Shown: positions 39,758 through 50,369 of the stretch, in pieces | Position numbering within the stretch: the first letter of the stretch is position 1 | Layout of the letters: each line of letters begins with the position of its first letter | Assembly: GCA_963736855.1 (NCBI GenBank) | Contig: CAVTQK010000017.1 | Coordinates: 32,885 to 96,884 of the forward strand | Direction of reading: 5' to 3' | Length of the DNA stretch: 64,000 nucleotides | From: an uncultured delta proteobacterium | GTDB taxonomy: Bacteria; Desulfobacterota; Desulfobacteria; Desulfobacterales; UBA2156 | Translations under genes and position numbers: made by a program | The notes under the pieces: model-generated | What the model saw: only the letters and a program-made list of their open reading frames with translations | Database searches by the model: none | Told to the model about the DNA's origin: nothing

Positions 39758-41669
39758 ATGCAAAGATGGATTCGTCAGATAGGTGCTTGTTTTTTGGCAA
39801 TGACCGTTATCGGATGCGCTTTAATAAATCCAAGCCCCCCTGCAACAGAAACCGTTTCTTCCCCCGTAACGGCCGCCGGGGATGTTGAAACAAAAGTCGC
39901 CGAAAGTAAACCGACTGCGCCGCCGCCCATTGTTTTAATGCCCAAGGTGCGGGTTACGGTGCAACGATTGAATCTGCGTAAAGAATCCGTCCATCAAGAG
40001 CCGTATTTTAGGTATTCTCAGAATGGGCGATATCCTTGAGATAGTTTCGAAAAAAGGCGAGTGGATTCGCGTATCTAACGCGGCCGGATTATCAGGCTGG
40101 GCTTTTGCTCAACATCTCGAACCCATTAACGACACATCGAGTGCAAGAGCAGAAGATTTGAAAATTGCCGAAGCCTCCCCACTTGAACTACCCGGCGATT
40201 CTCCTTCCATTTTCAAACCGGCGGCCGATAAAAGGGCGGCTGAGAACGATTTTGCGCAAGGGTTTTTCGAAGTCGACGGAAAAAAGATCCCATTAAGGCA
40301 TGCTGTTGCGGAATTGCGGGAAGATCATTTCAACCCATGCCGGAAAATCATCGGCATTTTTCTGACGGATCGCCCGGTACAATCGGATGACTGGCGCGAG
40401 CAAATCCAATCCTTATCGTCAAAAGGGGCGCTGCAGTTCCTTGAACTGAGCATCAACCAATCGAAGCAAATCATCGGCGCGGTTTTGGAAACTCCTCTGC
40501 TGAAAACGGGGTATGCCTCCTCTGCCGGCGGCCATACGTTTGAGGCGATAACCTTCGGTCCAGCGGCAATAGCGGGTTCGGCATTCACGGAAACGAGGGA
40601 ATTTCAAGGTCAGACATACGGCTACCGAGTTAACTTTAAAGCCACGTTGACGGAAGCCGGCAGTGATAAAAAATTGAAAGCATCACGGAGATCCGAAAGC
40701 TCCTATGAGAAGTCCATTTTTAATACTCCCATCCATAAAGCCATTGAAAAGATGCTGCTCGACGCAGGCGATGATGAGATTCTGAGAACCGTCACCGGCA
40801 TTGCGAGCAGCACCTTGGATGATTTTGCCACCGCCGACATCGAGTGTGAGCAAAATGGGAAAAAGGACCGATTTACGGTCTTCATTTATAAAATTAAAGA
40901 CCGATGGATCGCCTATAAAGAAATTCCCACGCATTTGGATCACTATGGGGTGTTTTGGATGCTGGCCCGGCAGTATTGTGCCGAACAATGGGAGCACTTC
41001 AAGGGAATCGGCTTTCTGGATGAAAGCTGGAAAAAGAAGGATCCGGAAAAGCGTGCCATTCGTTTTGACTGCAGCGAATGGGTAAACAACCAGTGGGAAT
41101 CTCATCATCTGGAAATAAGATACGCATACGACAAACAAAAGGGCTGGCAAATCACCGATGTGCTCGATCTGGAAACGACCCCCCGGACGGTCCGGACATC
41201 CCAAAGCGCCGATCCAACCCGACTATCCTCCAAGGAACCTAAAAAGAGACCTTCATTGCCGGAAGAGATGGTTTTTTCGGATGACATCGTTGACCGCTTT
41301 TTCCTCAGCATCATGGAGGGCGACATGGATGCAGTAAAGGGCTTTTTGGATGCAGGCATGTCGCCCAATGTCAAGAGGCCTCGATTAGGACATTCACCCT
41401 TATTTGCAGCGGTTATCGGTCATCACGATGAAATCGCGCTGATGTTCATCGATGCGGGAGGGGATGTAAACTTTAAAGACGAAAATGGAACGACCCCTCT
41501 CATGTGGGCGGCCAAACACTGCACTTCGATCCTGTTGGTTCAATCCCTGGTCGAAGCCGGTGCCGATGTCAACGCCAGGGCGAAGGGTAGAGGAACGCCT
41601 TTAATCAGCGCCGAGTCGAGTAAATGCAAAGAGATCGCAAAAATTTTAGCAAAAGCCGGGGCCAAATGA
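39758..41669 (+). CDS. lipoprotein with SH3b-like domain and C-terminal ankyrin repeats (frameshift near 39990-40025)
   Basis: Lipobox VIGC; LNLR...GDILEIVSKKGEWIRV..GLSGW (SH3_3-like); GHSPLFAA, GTTPLMWAA and GADVNAR. Confidence 0.7.
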
Positions 41670-41686
41670 TCCTAAAGGAGAAGAAA

Positions 41687-42820
41687 ATGAAACGAAAACC
41701 GGTTTTGGCAGCAAGGACGGCGATACCATGTTTGTTGACCATGGTGTTCCTGATATCCTGCGTTGGAACCTCCCCGATGCAAAAGCGGGCCGTAACCCCA
41801 GAAGATCCTTATCGTCTGACCATTAAATATCTTGAGGATCTGAAACACGGCAATGACAACGAAAGAACCGAAGCGGCCTGGAAACTCGGCGAACCCTGGA
41901 TGAAACGCACGCCGGAAGTGGTGCCGGCTTTGATTGGCGCACTCAGGGATTTCTGTCCAAAAGTGCGCGCCAATGCCGCCGGGGCATTATCCAGAATGGG
42001 TGAAGATGCCCGGCCGGCGGAAAACGCCTTGAAGGAAGTATTAGACGATCCCTATGGGCAAACCGTGCTGAATGCGGCCATTGCGCTGCGCAGCTTGAAC
42101 ATAATCGACAAGGAATTGATCCCGGCTGTACGAAAGGTTTTGCATGATCAAAAAGGCACTTCGCGGGTTGGTGCTGTCAGTTTACTGCGAAAAATGGGAA
42201 TCCAGAGCCGAGAGACCTTTTCTGTTTTAGTATCGGCGCTTTCGGATCCGGCCGCCGAAGCCCGTAAAGACGCTTTGAAAGAGATCATTGAAATGAAGCT
42301 TAAGCCGGTTCCAAAAGAAATGGTGGGTCCTGTTATCGGATTGCTGAAAGACAGTGACGAAGGGATCCGCTGTGACGCTGCTATTTTTCTGGGAAACAGC
42401 CACATCCCCATCATCGAAGCCAAGGATCCCTTGATTGAAGCTTTAAATGACTCTTCCGATACGGTTGTCGGGTTTGTCGCCAGGGCCTTGGGGGTTTATG
42501 GACCCTCAGCCAAAGATGCCGTGCCGAAGCTTTTTCGGATTCTCAATACCACCCGGGACGAACATACCAAGGTCAACATTTGCGAGGCCCTGGGTCGAAT
42601 CGGATCTCCCAAGGAAAAAATTGCAGATGTGCTGGTCGGATTCCTGTCATCAGACCCAAATTCCCGCACTCGAGTCGCAGCCGCCTGCGCCCTGAGAGAT
42701 CTAAAGTATAATGAAAAAGGTGTGATGGATGCGTTGAAAAAGGCGTCGACCCAGGATCCGGATCCATCGGTTCGGGCTTTATCTTCCGTTGCCCTGAAAC
42801 AATTGGAAGGAAAAAAATAA
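41687..42820 (+). CDS. HEAT-repeat lipoprotein
   Basis: Lipobox LISC; repeated VPALIGALRD..PKVRANAAGAL-type units. Confidence 0.85.
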   Translation: MKRKPVLAARTAIPCLLTMVFLISCVGTSPMQKRAVTPEDPYRLTIKYLEDLKHGNDNERTEAAWKLGEPWMKRTPEVVPALIGALRDFCPKVRANAAGALSRMGEDARPAENALKEVLDDPYGQTVLNAAIALRSLNIIDKELIPAVRKVLHDQKGTSRVGAVSLLRKMGIQSRETFSVLVSALSDPAAEARKDALKEIIEMKLKPVPKEMVGPVIGLLKDSDEGIRCDAAIFLGNSHIPIIEAKDPLIEALNDSSDTVVGFVARALGVYGPSAKDAVPKLFRILNTTRDEHTKVNICEALGRIGSPKEKIADVLVGFLSSDPNSRTRVAAACALRDLKYNEKGVMDALKKASTQDPDPSVRALSSVALKQLEGKK

Positions 42821-43051
42821 AAGCGGGTTGAAAGCGGCATTAATCGGATGACCTCTCGAATCCGCCGCATTTTTCCGCTTCGCTATTCAGCGTAAGGGCG
42901 CCCACCCAGGTCGCTACTCTGCCTGCTGACCGGTGTAATGCCGAGTCGATGGCAGTTTTTTAAAAATTGAAATAAAAAACCAGCCAAAAGCGAATTAGCT
43001 GCCTATGCTCAAATCAGCCAAATATTCAATAAGATGCCGATGAAATTTCTA

Positions 43052-43080
43052 TTGACAGTTCATCCGCCTTTACATACTTA
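43052..43080 (+). promoter_or_regulatory. sigma70-like promoter
   Basis: TTGACA-N17-TACTTA upstream of the P-type ATPase. Confidence 0.5.
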
Positions 43081-43237
43081 GAGACCCGTCGGCCACGACA
43101 TAGTATGCTTCCATATCCTGGGCCCCAGAGAATGGCAAAACACAATCCATGGTTTTGCTTAATACGCCCATAAATAAGTGAATGCTTATCAATTGGAGCG
43201 CACCGTTCCGATTCCTGGAGAGCAGCGGAGAAGGTCT

Positions 43238-45955
43238 ATGGCGGAAACACCCTGGCATGTGTTGGGACCGGATGCCGTCCTGAAGGAGTTGGAGACCGAT
43301 CTCCTCACGGGTCTCAGCGATAGAGAAGCTTCGACGCGCGTCGAGAAATTCGGATACAACGAACTGAAGCGGGAAGAACACACTTCATCGCTCGCTCTCT
43401 TTTTTAACCAGTTTAAAAACATCCTCATCATTATTCTGCTTGTGACGTCCATTCTCTCAATCCTGGTGGGGGAGGTTCTGGACGCCGTCCTCATTTTGGT
43501 CATCGTGATTTTTTGCGCCGTCCTGGGTTTCATTCAGGAGTATCGGGCAGAACGGGCATTGGAGGCCCTCAAGGGCATGCTTGCACCGACCATCACCGTC
43601 CTTCGCGAGAGCAGTGAAAGAGAAATCCCCTCCAAGGAACTCGTCCCGGGCGACATCATGATTCTTGAAGCGGGAGATAAAATTCCTGCCGATGCCAGGC
43701 TGGTTCAGGTCTATTCATTGAAATGTGACGAAGCTTCTCTGACAGGAGAGTCCATCCCTGTGGCGAAGCGTGTGGAAGGCGTAGCCCGAGAAGTACGCGT
43801 CGGTGACCGAAAGAATATAGTTTATGCGGGCACATCGGTAAGCTATGGCAGGGGCAGGGCGGTGGTGGTTGCCACAGGAATGACGACAGAGTTCGGAAAA
43901 ATCGCCGAGGAAGTCACAACCATCGAAGCGGAAAAAACGCCCTTGGAAAAAAGGACGGAGGAGATAGGCAAATGGCTTGGATTCATGGCGCTGGGAATTT
44001 GTGTTATTGTTGCGGGCGTCAGCGTGGCCAGAGAAGCGCTGGGGGGCAAGGTTGATCTGGGATTCATAGTCACCATCGTTATGTTTTCCATCGCCCTGGC
44101 GGTGGCGGCGGTTCCCGAAGCGCTGCCCGCCATCGTGACCGGCGCCCTGGCTATCGGCATGCATCAAATGGCCAAGAGAAATGCCCTCATCCGCAAAATG
44201 CCGGCCGTGGAAACCCTTGGATGCACAACGGTCATCTGCAGCGATAAGACCGGAACCCTTACCAAAGGGGAGATGACGGTCCGAAAGGTTTTTATGGACG
44301 GCAAAACCATAGAGGTCTCCGGAGCAGGATATTTGCCTGACGGAGAGTTCCGCATGGATGATTCCGCCGGCGTCGTCGAAAATAGGGATCTGCAACTCCT
44401 CCTTCTAGGGGGATTGCTATGCAACGATGCTTCATTGGAACAAAGGGAGGGAAGGTGGCTCATCAAGGGAGATCCTACGGAGGGCGCCCTGATTGTGGCT
44501 GCGGCCAAGGCTCGGATCGATCAGACTCAAGCCAGACTGGACCATCCCAGATTAGAGGAAATTCCTTTCAGCTCGGAAAGAAAGCGTATGACCACCATTC
44601 ATCGTATGAAGGACGGCAAAACAATCGCTTTCATTAAAGGCGCTTCGGAGCTGGTTTTGGAAAGGTGCACCCACGTGTTCTCAAACGGTCAGGTGAGGGA
44701 GCTCGAACGGGAAGAACGTGAACGGATTCTGAAGGCCAATACGCAGATGGCTCAGGAAGCATTGAGGGTTTTAGGATTTGCTTATCGGGAGCTTTCGCAC
44801 GCCAGAGGAGTCGGGGAAGAGGTGGAACAGGAACTCATTTTTACAGGTCTTATGGGAATGATGGATCCGCCTCGAGAAGAAGCCATCGAAGCCATTAAGG
44901 TCTGTAAGAACATCCATATCAAACCTGTCATGATAACGGGGGACCATAAACTCACCGCTGTGGCCATAGCCAGGGAAATCGGAATTTATCAAGAGGGGGA
45001 TAAAGTGATCACCGGCGACGAGCTGGAGAAAATGTCGGTGGACGACCTCGATGACTTCGTGGATCAGGTGACGGTTTACGCACGGGTCTCGCCGACGGAT
45101 AAGTTGAAGATCGTCAGGGCCTGGAAAAGAAAAGGGGAAGTGGTTGCCATGACTGGAGACGGCGTGAACGATGCGCCGGCCCTCAAGCATGCCGACATCG
45201 GCATTGCCATGGGGATCACCGGAACCGATGTGGCCAAAGAGGCCGCTGCTATGGTGCTTAGTGACGATAACTTTGCCACCATCGTCAGTGCCATTGAGCG
45301 CGGTCGGTGGATTTATGACAACATCAAGAAATACCTGACCTATCTTCTAAGGTGCAACATCACCGAGGTCATTGTCATCGGGGGGACGGTTCTGTTGATG
45401 GGGCCGGAATACCTGCCGTTGCTACCCGCAGCCATCCTGTATATTAATCTGGCAACAGACGGCCTCCCGGCTCTGGCTCTAGGCGTAGCCCCTCCGGATC
45501 CGGATATCATGCTGAGACCGCCGCGTGATCCCAGGGAAAGCATCTTCACCCGGGATGTGAAAGCGTTCATTGCCCTGGCACTTTTCATCGAGATCCCCTT
45601 CTTTTTTTATCTCTTCTTTCATGACCTTTCGGACATAACACATGCCAGAACGGAAATATTTTTCCTGTTCGTCATCGTTGAACTGGTGATCGCCGTAAAC
45701 TTTCGTTCCATGCTATACAGCGTCTTCAAGCTGCCCCCCCACAAGTGGTTGCTGGTGGCGATTTTCTGGGAAATTGTTCTTGTCGCCGTCCTGATACAGA
45801 TCGGCCCCGTAAGAGAAGCTTTCGGGATATTGAAGCCTGGTGTAAGAGATTTGGCAATCATTGCGGGCTTCAGTGGCGTGGTGTTTTTCTCCATGGAAGT
45901 CGTCAAAGCGATTTTGCGAAGGCGTATGCCGATGGTGAATAGGCCTAAAGTCTAA
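43238..45955 (+). CDS. cation-transporting P-type ATPase (type II, Ca2+-like)
   Basis: TGES, VPEALP, DKTGTLT, KGA, TGD and GDGVNDAPAL. Confidence 0.95.
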   Translation: MAETPWHVLGPDAVLKELETDLLTGLSDREASTRVEKFGYNELKREEHTSSLALFFNQFKNILIIILLVTSILSILVGEVLDAVLILVIVIFCAVLGFIQEYRAERALEALKGMLAPTITVLRESSEREIPSKELVPGDIMILEAGDKIPADARLVQVYSLKCDEASLTGESIPVAKRVEGVAREVRVGDRKNIVYAGTSVSYGRGRAVVVATGMTTEFGKIAEEVTTIEAEKTPLEKRTEEIGKWLGFMALGICVIVAGVSVAREALGGKVDLGFIVTIVMFSIALAVAAVPEALPAIVTGALAIGMHQMAKRNALIRKMPAVETLGCTTVICSDKTGTLTKGEMTVRKVFMDGKTIEVSGAGYLPDGEFRMDDSAGVVENRDLQLLLLGGLLCNDASLEQREGRWLIKGDPTEGALIVAAAKARIDQTQARLDHPRLEEIPFSSERKRMTTIHRMKDGKTIAFIKGASELVLERCTHVFSNGQVRELEREERERILKANTQMAQEALRVLGFAYRELSHARGVGEEVEQELIFTGLMGMMDPPREEAIEAIKVCKNIHIKPVMITGDHKLTAVAIAREIGIYQEGDKVITGDELEKMSVDDLDDFVDQVTVYARVSPTDKLKIVRAWKRKGEVVAMTGDGVNDAPALKHADIGIAMGITGTDVAKEAAAMVLSDDNFATIVSAIERGRWIYDNIKKYLTYLLRCNITEVIVIGGTVLLMGPEYLPLLPAAILYINLATDGLPALALGVAPPDPDIMLRPPRDPRESIFTRDVKAFIALALFIEIPFFFYLFFHDLSDITHARTEIFFLFVIVELVIAVNFRSMLYSVFKLPPHKWLLVAIFWEIVLVAVLIQIGPVREAFGILKPGVRDLAIIAGFSGVVFFSMEVVKAILRRRMPMVNRPKV

Positions 45956-46194
45956 GTCGGCGGGGAGATCATCGGTCAGTCTTAATTCGCATACCGGGAG
46001 ATACGACTATCAGGACGCTATAGGTCATTGATAATATCTTTAGGCGAAGTTGCGAAACCTCCTTCAATTTTTTCCTGATAAATTCATGCATCAGCTCTTT
46101 TTAGTTCCTATCCTTTGTTGGTACTAAATTTTTTCCTGAACTCCCGATAACCACAAACTATAATTAACGACTTACCCTTATTTTGACTTTGTGC

Positions 46195-46236
46195 TTGACA
46201 CATAGTTATATTATGGCTAAAATGTAATCACATTTT
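46195..46236 (+). promoter_or_regulatory. sigma70 promoter of the bam cluster with adjacent palindrome
   Basis: TTGACA-N17-TAAAAT; palindrome AAAATGT-AATC-ACATTTT at 46219-46236 overlaps the -10 and +1 region. Confidence 0.6.
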
Positions 46237-46571
46237 CTGGACGAAAAAAGAACAAAAATTCCAAATTGATCGTAAACTCAATGTTAAATCAACATATTGC
46301 ATTCCTTCAGAACTTTGGGGTGCCTAAGGTGTTAAAATAAATACAAAACAAAAAAAGTGGCCGAGAATCTTGCATCCTTCGTCTAGCCTGAAGAACAATG
46401 GATGGAGAGGATATAATCGTGAAATAGCGTGGCAAAGCGGCCGAGCAAAATGGTTTCGATACAACCCGTGCAGAGAAGGCGATCGGCAACGGGATTCGAT
46501 GGATGGTTTCTTAGGCTTTAAAGGCAGCGCCGACGATTATAGGGCAGCTTGAATTCAAGGGGTAAAATAAA

Positions 46572-48583
46572 ATGAGGTATGCAGAGACAGGGTTTAATTT
46601 AGAAGTAGATCTATCTAAAGGAAACATTGAGAGGGTGGAAACCGATCCAAGAGACACCGAGCTTTATCTGGGAGGCTTAGGAACAAACGCAAAGATATTA
46701 TGGGATCGGGTTCCCCCTGAAGTTGAACCTTTTTCTCCCGAAAACCTACTGATATTCGGCGCAGGTCTTTTATGCGGTACGCCGGCCACAGGATGTAATC
46801 GTACGATTGTTTCTACTTTTTCCCCTCAGACTCGGTTGATGGCATTTTCAATGATGGGAGGATTTTGGGCCCCGGAATTGAAACATGCCGGTTATGACAA
46901 AGTGATCATTCGGGGCAAGTCCCCCAACCTGGTTTATCTTGTGGATCAATAATAATAAAGTCGAGATTCGTGATGCTTCTCATTTGCATGGAAAAGGAGC
47001 GGTTGAAACCGCAGAACTCATTAAAAAGGAGCTGAAGGAGCCGAGAGCACAGGTAGCGGCTATCGGCCTGGCAGGTGAAAACAGGGTCTATTTTGCCTCT
47101 ATCGAGCAGGGCAGGTCCAGTGCCAGCCGAGGAGGAATAGGCGCCGTTATGGGAGATAAAGGGTTAAAGGCGATAGTTGTTCGTGGAACAAAAGACATCA
47201 ATGTTGCCCGACCGGCTGAATACATGGAGCTCTGTAACGAAGTGCTGAAGTACATCAAATGGCGCAACGAAAATCCCGTTCCAGGGGTCATGCCTATTTT
47301 AGCCGGGCTTGGGTCGCCGCAGGAGATGAAAGTTCATGACGAGAAGTGGCATACCGAGAATTTCATGTGGGGCAATTCCCGTGTCCGCAGAAAGGATTTC
47401 TGGAACGAAGAGATCGCAAAGGACTGGATGGAGACCATGGAAAACATGCGGACACGGCTGATCAGCTGCTATAACTGTCCGATGAGATGCGGAGCAACCA
47501 TTTCCCCTCCGGGGCGTCCAACATACATGATGAAATGCTTCTCAAAACTGACTTATACCATGGCGGCCTTTTCAGACCTGGAATTTGGTTTGGGAATCGC
47601 TCAAAGTGCTACGGAATATGGAGTAGACGGTTTTTCAACCCCGCAGGTGATGGCTTTTGCCCTTGAGCTTCTCGAAAACGGAATACTGACCGATGATGAC
47701 TTTCCGGGAATGCCGTCCGATAATGAGGGGAGATTTTATTGGTTGCTGGACAGGATTGTCCGCCGGGAAGGGATCGGAGATGTCCTGGCCAATGGCACCT
47801 ATTGGGCCGCAAGACAGATCGGCAAGGGCGCGGAAACCTATGCCCATAATACCATCAAGAAACATGAGCAGCTCCCTCTTAAGCTGTCCATGCTGAATCC
47901 CATGTATTTTCTCATGTATGCTACCGGAGAGAAGATGAATATTACTCAAATAGAGGGACAGTTCCCCCAGGCTCCTTTTGCTGACGAAAGAGGAAAGAGA
48001 AGCATTTGTGAAGGATTGGTTCCAGGTCCCTGATGAGAAGTTCAAGAAGATCTTGTTGGATTGGGAACTGCGCGGAGAAAAATCAATTCCCTATTACCCG
48101 ACACCGGAAATGTGTTGCGACATCGTGGATTGGCAGGAAAAAATGCACTACATCGATGACGCCCTCGGAATGTGCGCCGGTTTATCATCATTTCCCCTGA
48201 AGCCTCCCTATCATATACACAATTATCCGAAATTCATCTCTGCAGGGGTCGGCATCGAAATGGATGAAGAAAAATTGACACAGGCCGTCAGGAGATACCG
48301 GACGTTGGTGAGGGCCAATAATACCCGAAGAGGCATGCGGAGAAAAGACGAGAAGCCGCCGGCGGACCATTGGAAGAAACGATTTCCAGAGCTTGAGGAG
48401 AAGCTTCTCGATACGTATTACCAATTCAAGGGGTGGAATAAACAGGGTATCCCTACCAAAGAGACACTGCATCAACTGGGGTTGGATTACGTATTTGAAG
48501 ACTTTAAAAAGAGGGGGGTTTATTCAGATAATGGAGATGCCTCCACACAGGAGACCTCGACGGAAAAAGAGAAGGAGGCTTAG
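46572..48583 (+). CDS. bamB: class II benzoyl-CoA reductase W-pterin subunit (two apparent 1-nt insertions near 46940 and 47982)
   Basis: AOR-family protein with BamB-type N-terminus MRYAETG..EVDL, active-site segment QEMKVHDEKWH and W-ligand Cys in MMKCF. Confidence 0.9.
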
Positions 48584-48585
48584 CC

Positions 48586-49119
48586 GTGGGCGAGAAAAAA
48601 AAGAGGATCATTAAGACCATCAAGGTGGATGCCGACAAATGCAATGGGTGCCGGGCCTGCGAAGTGATCTGCTCGGCCTTTCACGCTCAGCCAAAGTACA
48701 GCAGCAATAACCCGGCTAGGTCTCGGATTCGGATAGTTCGTGATCCTCTCAGGGACATATATGTTCCTATACACGCGGGTGAGTATACTGCCGCAGAATG
48801 CATGGGCAGAGACAAATATGTGGTTGACGGAAAGGAATACGACGAGTGTGCCTTCTGTAGAGCTGCCTGCCCATCCAGGGACATCTTCAAAGAGCCTGAC
48901 TCCGGCCTACCGCTTAAATGTGATATGTGTGAGGGTGAAGAGGAGCCCTTGTGTGTGAAGTGGTGCCTGGTGGATGCCCTGACGTATGAAGAAAGGGAAG
49001 AGGAAGTCGAAGAAATGGAGGCGCAGAAGGATCTGGATATCGGACTGGATTCACTCGCGAAGAAGTATGGGGTGCAGGAACTCATGGATGCTGTTGCCCG
49101 GATGTCGATGAAGTCATAG
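48586..49119 (+). CDS. bamC: BamC electron-transfer Fe-S subunit
   Basis: CNGCRACEVIC, CAFCRAAC and CDMC..PLCVKWC; follows bamB. Confidence 0.88.
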   Translation: MGEKKKRIIKTIKVDADKCNGCRACEVICSAFHAQPKYSSNNPARSRIRIVRDPLRDIYVPIHAGEYTAAECMGRDKYVVDGKEYDECAFCRAACPSRDIFKEPDSGLPLKCDMCEGEEEPLCVKWCLVDALTYEEREEEVEEMEAQKDLDIGLDSLAKKYGVQELMDAVARMSMKS

Positions 49120-49155
49120 CTCGTTCAGGCCAAAAGAAGAGGATCAATAAATACA

Positions 49156-50307
49156 GTGGAGAATGTAGCCGATTTCAAAGAGATCGCAGATGTCATCAAG
49201 GCGAGCGGTGGGGATGCCTTCAAGAGATGCTTTCAATGCGGATTGTGCGATGTGGTCTGCCCGTGGAACCGGGTGCGTAACTTCAGTATGCGCAAGCTTG
49301 TCAGGCAGGCGACTTTCGGCATGACGGATATTGAAAGCGAAGATATATGGCGTTGTACGACATGCGGAAGATGTCCTCAGCACTGCCCCAGAGACGTCCA
49401 ACAGATACAATCCGGAATCGCCCTGCGAAGGATCGCCACGGAATATGGCATTTTTCCTAAGGGAGTCCAGCCGATCCGCACCATAAGAGGAAGTCTGGTC
49501 GGCGAAGGGAATACCTTAAGTGAAGAACGGGCAAAGAGGGGGGATTGGGCCAAGGGGCTTCCCGTAAAGACCTTCACCGAGGGGACGGATATTTTGTATT
49601 TTCCCGGTTGCTATCCCTGCTATGACCCCAGGTTAAAAAAGGTGGCTGTTGCCACAGCCACTATCCTTAACAAGGCAGGAGTTGATTTCGGCATACTGGG
49701 TCCCAAGGAGAACTGCTGCGGAGAAAGCATTCGAAAAACGGGCGAGGAGGAATTGTTCAAGCGACTCGCCAGGGAGAACATCAAGACTTTCATCGATCAT
49801 GGAGTGAAGAAGATACTTGTTTCTTCCCCCCATTGCTACCATACCTTTAAAAATGAATATCCCGATTTTATGGTGAAATTTGAGGTGATCCATATCTCCC
49901 AATATTTATTTGAGCTGATCCACGAGGGAAGACTTGAGATTAAAAAGGAGTACGCCAGGAAAGTGACCTATCATGATCCCTGTTACCTGGGAAGACATAA
50001 CGGCATCTATGACGAACCCCGGGAGATTCTTAGGAGTGTACCCGGTTTGAACCTGAATGAGATGCCTGACAATAGAGTCGATAGTTTTTGCTGCGGAGCG
50101 GGAGGAGGCAGAGTTTGGATGGAGACTCAGAAGGGTGAAAGGTTTTCAGACCTCAGAATAGAACAGGCTTTGGGAGTCGGAGCCGAGGTCCTGGCTACCT
50201 GCTGCCCATATTGCATTACCATGTTTGAAGACAGCAGAATCACTATGAGCGTAGATGAAAAGATTGAGATTAAAGACATCACGGAGATCATAAAGGAAGT
50301 TATTTAG
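49156..50307 (+). CDS. bamD: HdrD-like (HdrC plus CCG domains) subunit
   Basis: CFQCGLCDVVC, CTTCGRCPQHC, NCCG, YHDPCYLG and FCCGAGGG. Confidence 0.85.
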   Translation: MENVADFKEIADVIKASGGDAFKRCFQCGLCDVVCPWNRVRNFSMRKLVRQATFGMTDIESEDIWRCTTCGRCPQHCPRDVQQIQSGIALRRIATEYGIFPKGVQPIRTIRGSLVGEGNTLSEERAKRGDWAKGLPVKTFTEGTDILYFPGCYPCYDPRLKKVAVATATILNKAGVDFGILGPKENCCGESIRKTGEEELFKRLARENIKTFIDHGVKKILVSSPHCYHTFKNEYPDFMVKFEVIHISQYLFELIHEGRLEIKKEYARKVTYHDPCYLGRHNGIYDEPREILRSVPGLNLNEMPDNRVDSFCCGAGGGRVWMETQKGERFSDLRIEQALGVGAEVLATCCPYCITMFEDSRITMSVDEKIEIKDITEIIKEVI

Positions 50308-50369
50308 GATAGTTGCGGCTTTGACTCGCGCGGACGATAAGGATAAAAATCCTGGTGAGGGGATAAAAC

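Noticed and set aside
42820-42960. GC-rich nested hairpins after the HEAT gene as an ncRNA or repeat
   Set aside because: Single occurrence with no recognisable family; may be only a terminator.
43081-43237. Metal-sensing riboswitch (yybP-ykoY, Mg, F, Na) before the P-type ATPase
   Set aside because: No diagnostic core motifs recognised.
46300-46420. Moco/Wco riboswitch call
   Set aside because: Only CCTAAG and GTGG resemble it; the conserved GAAAC and GGAAAGGAG parts are absent. Kept only as a weak hint in the findings.
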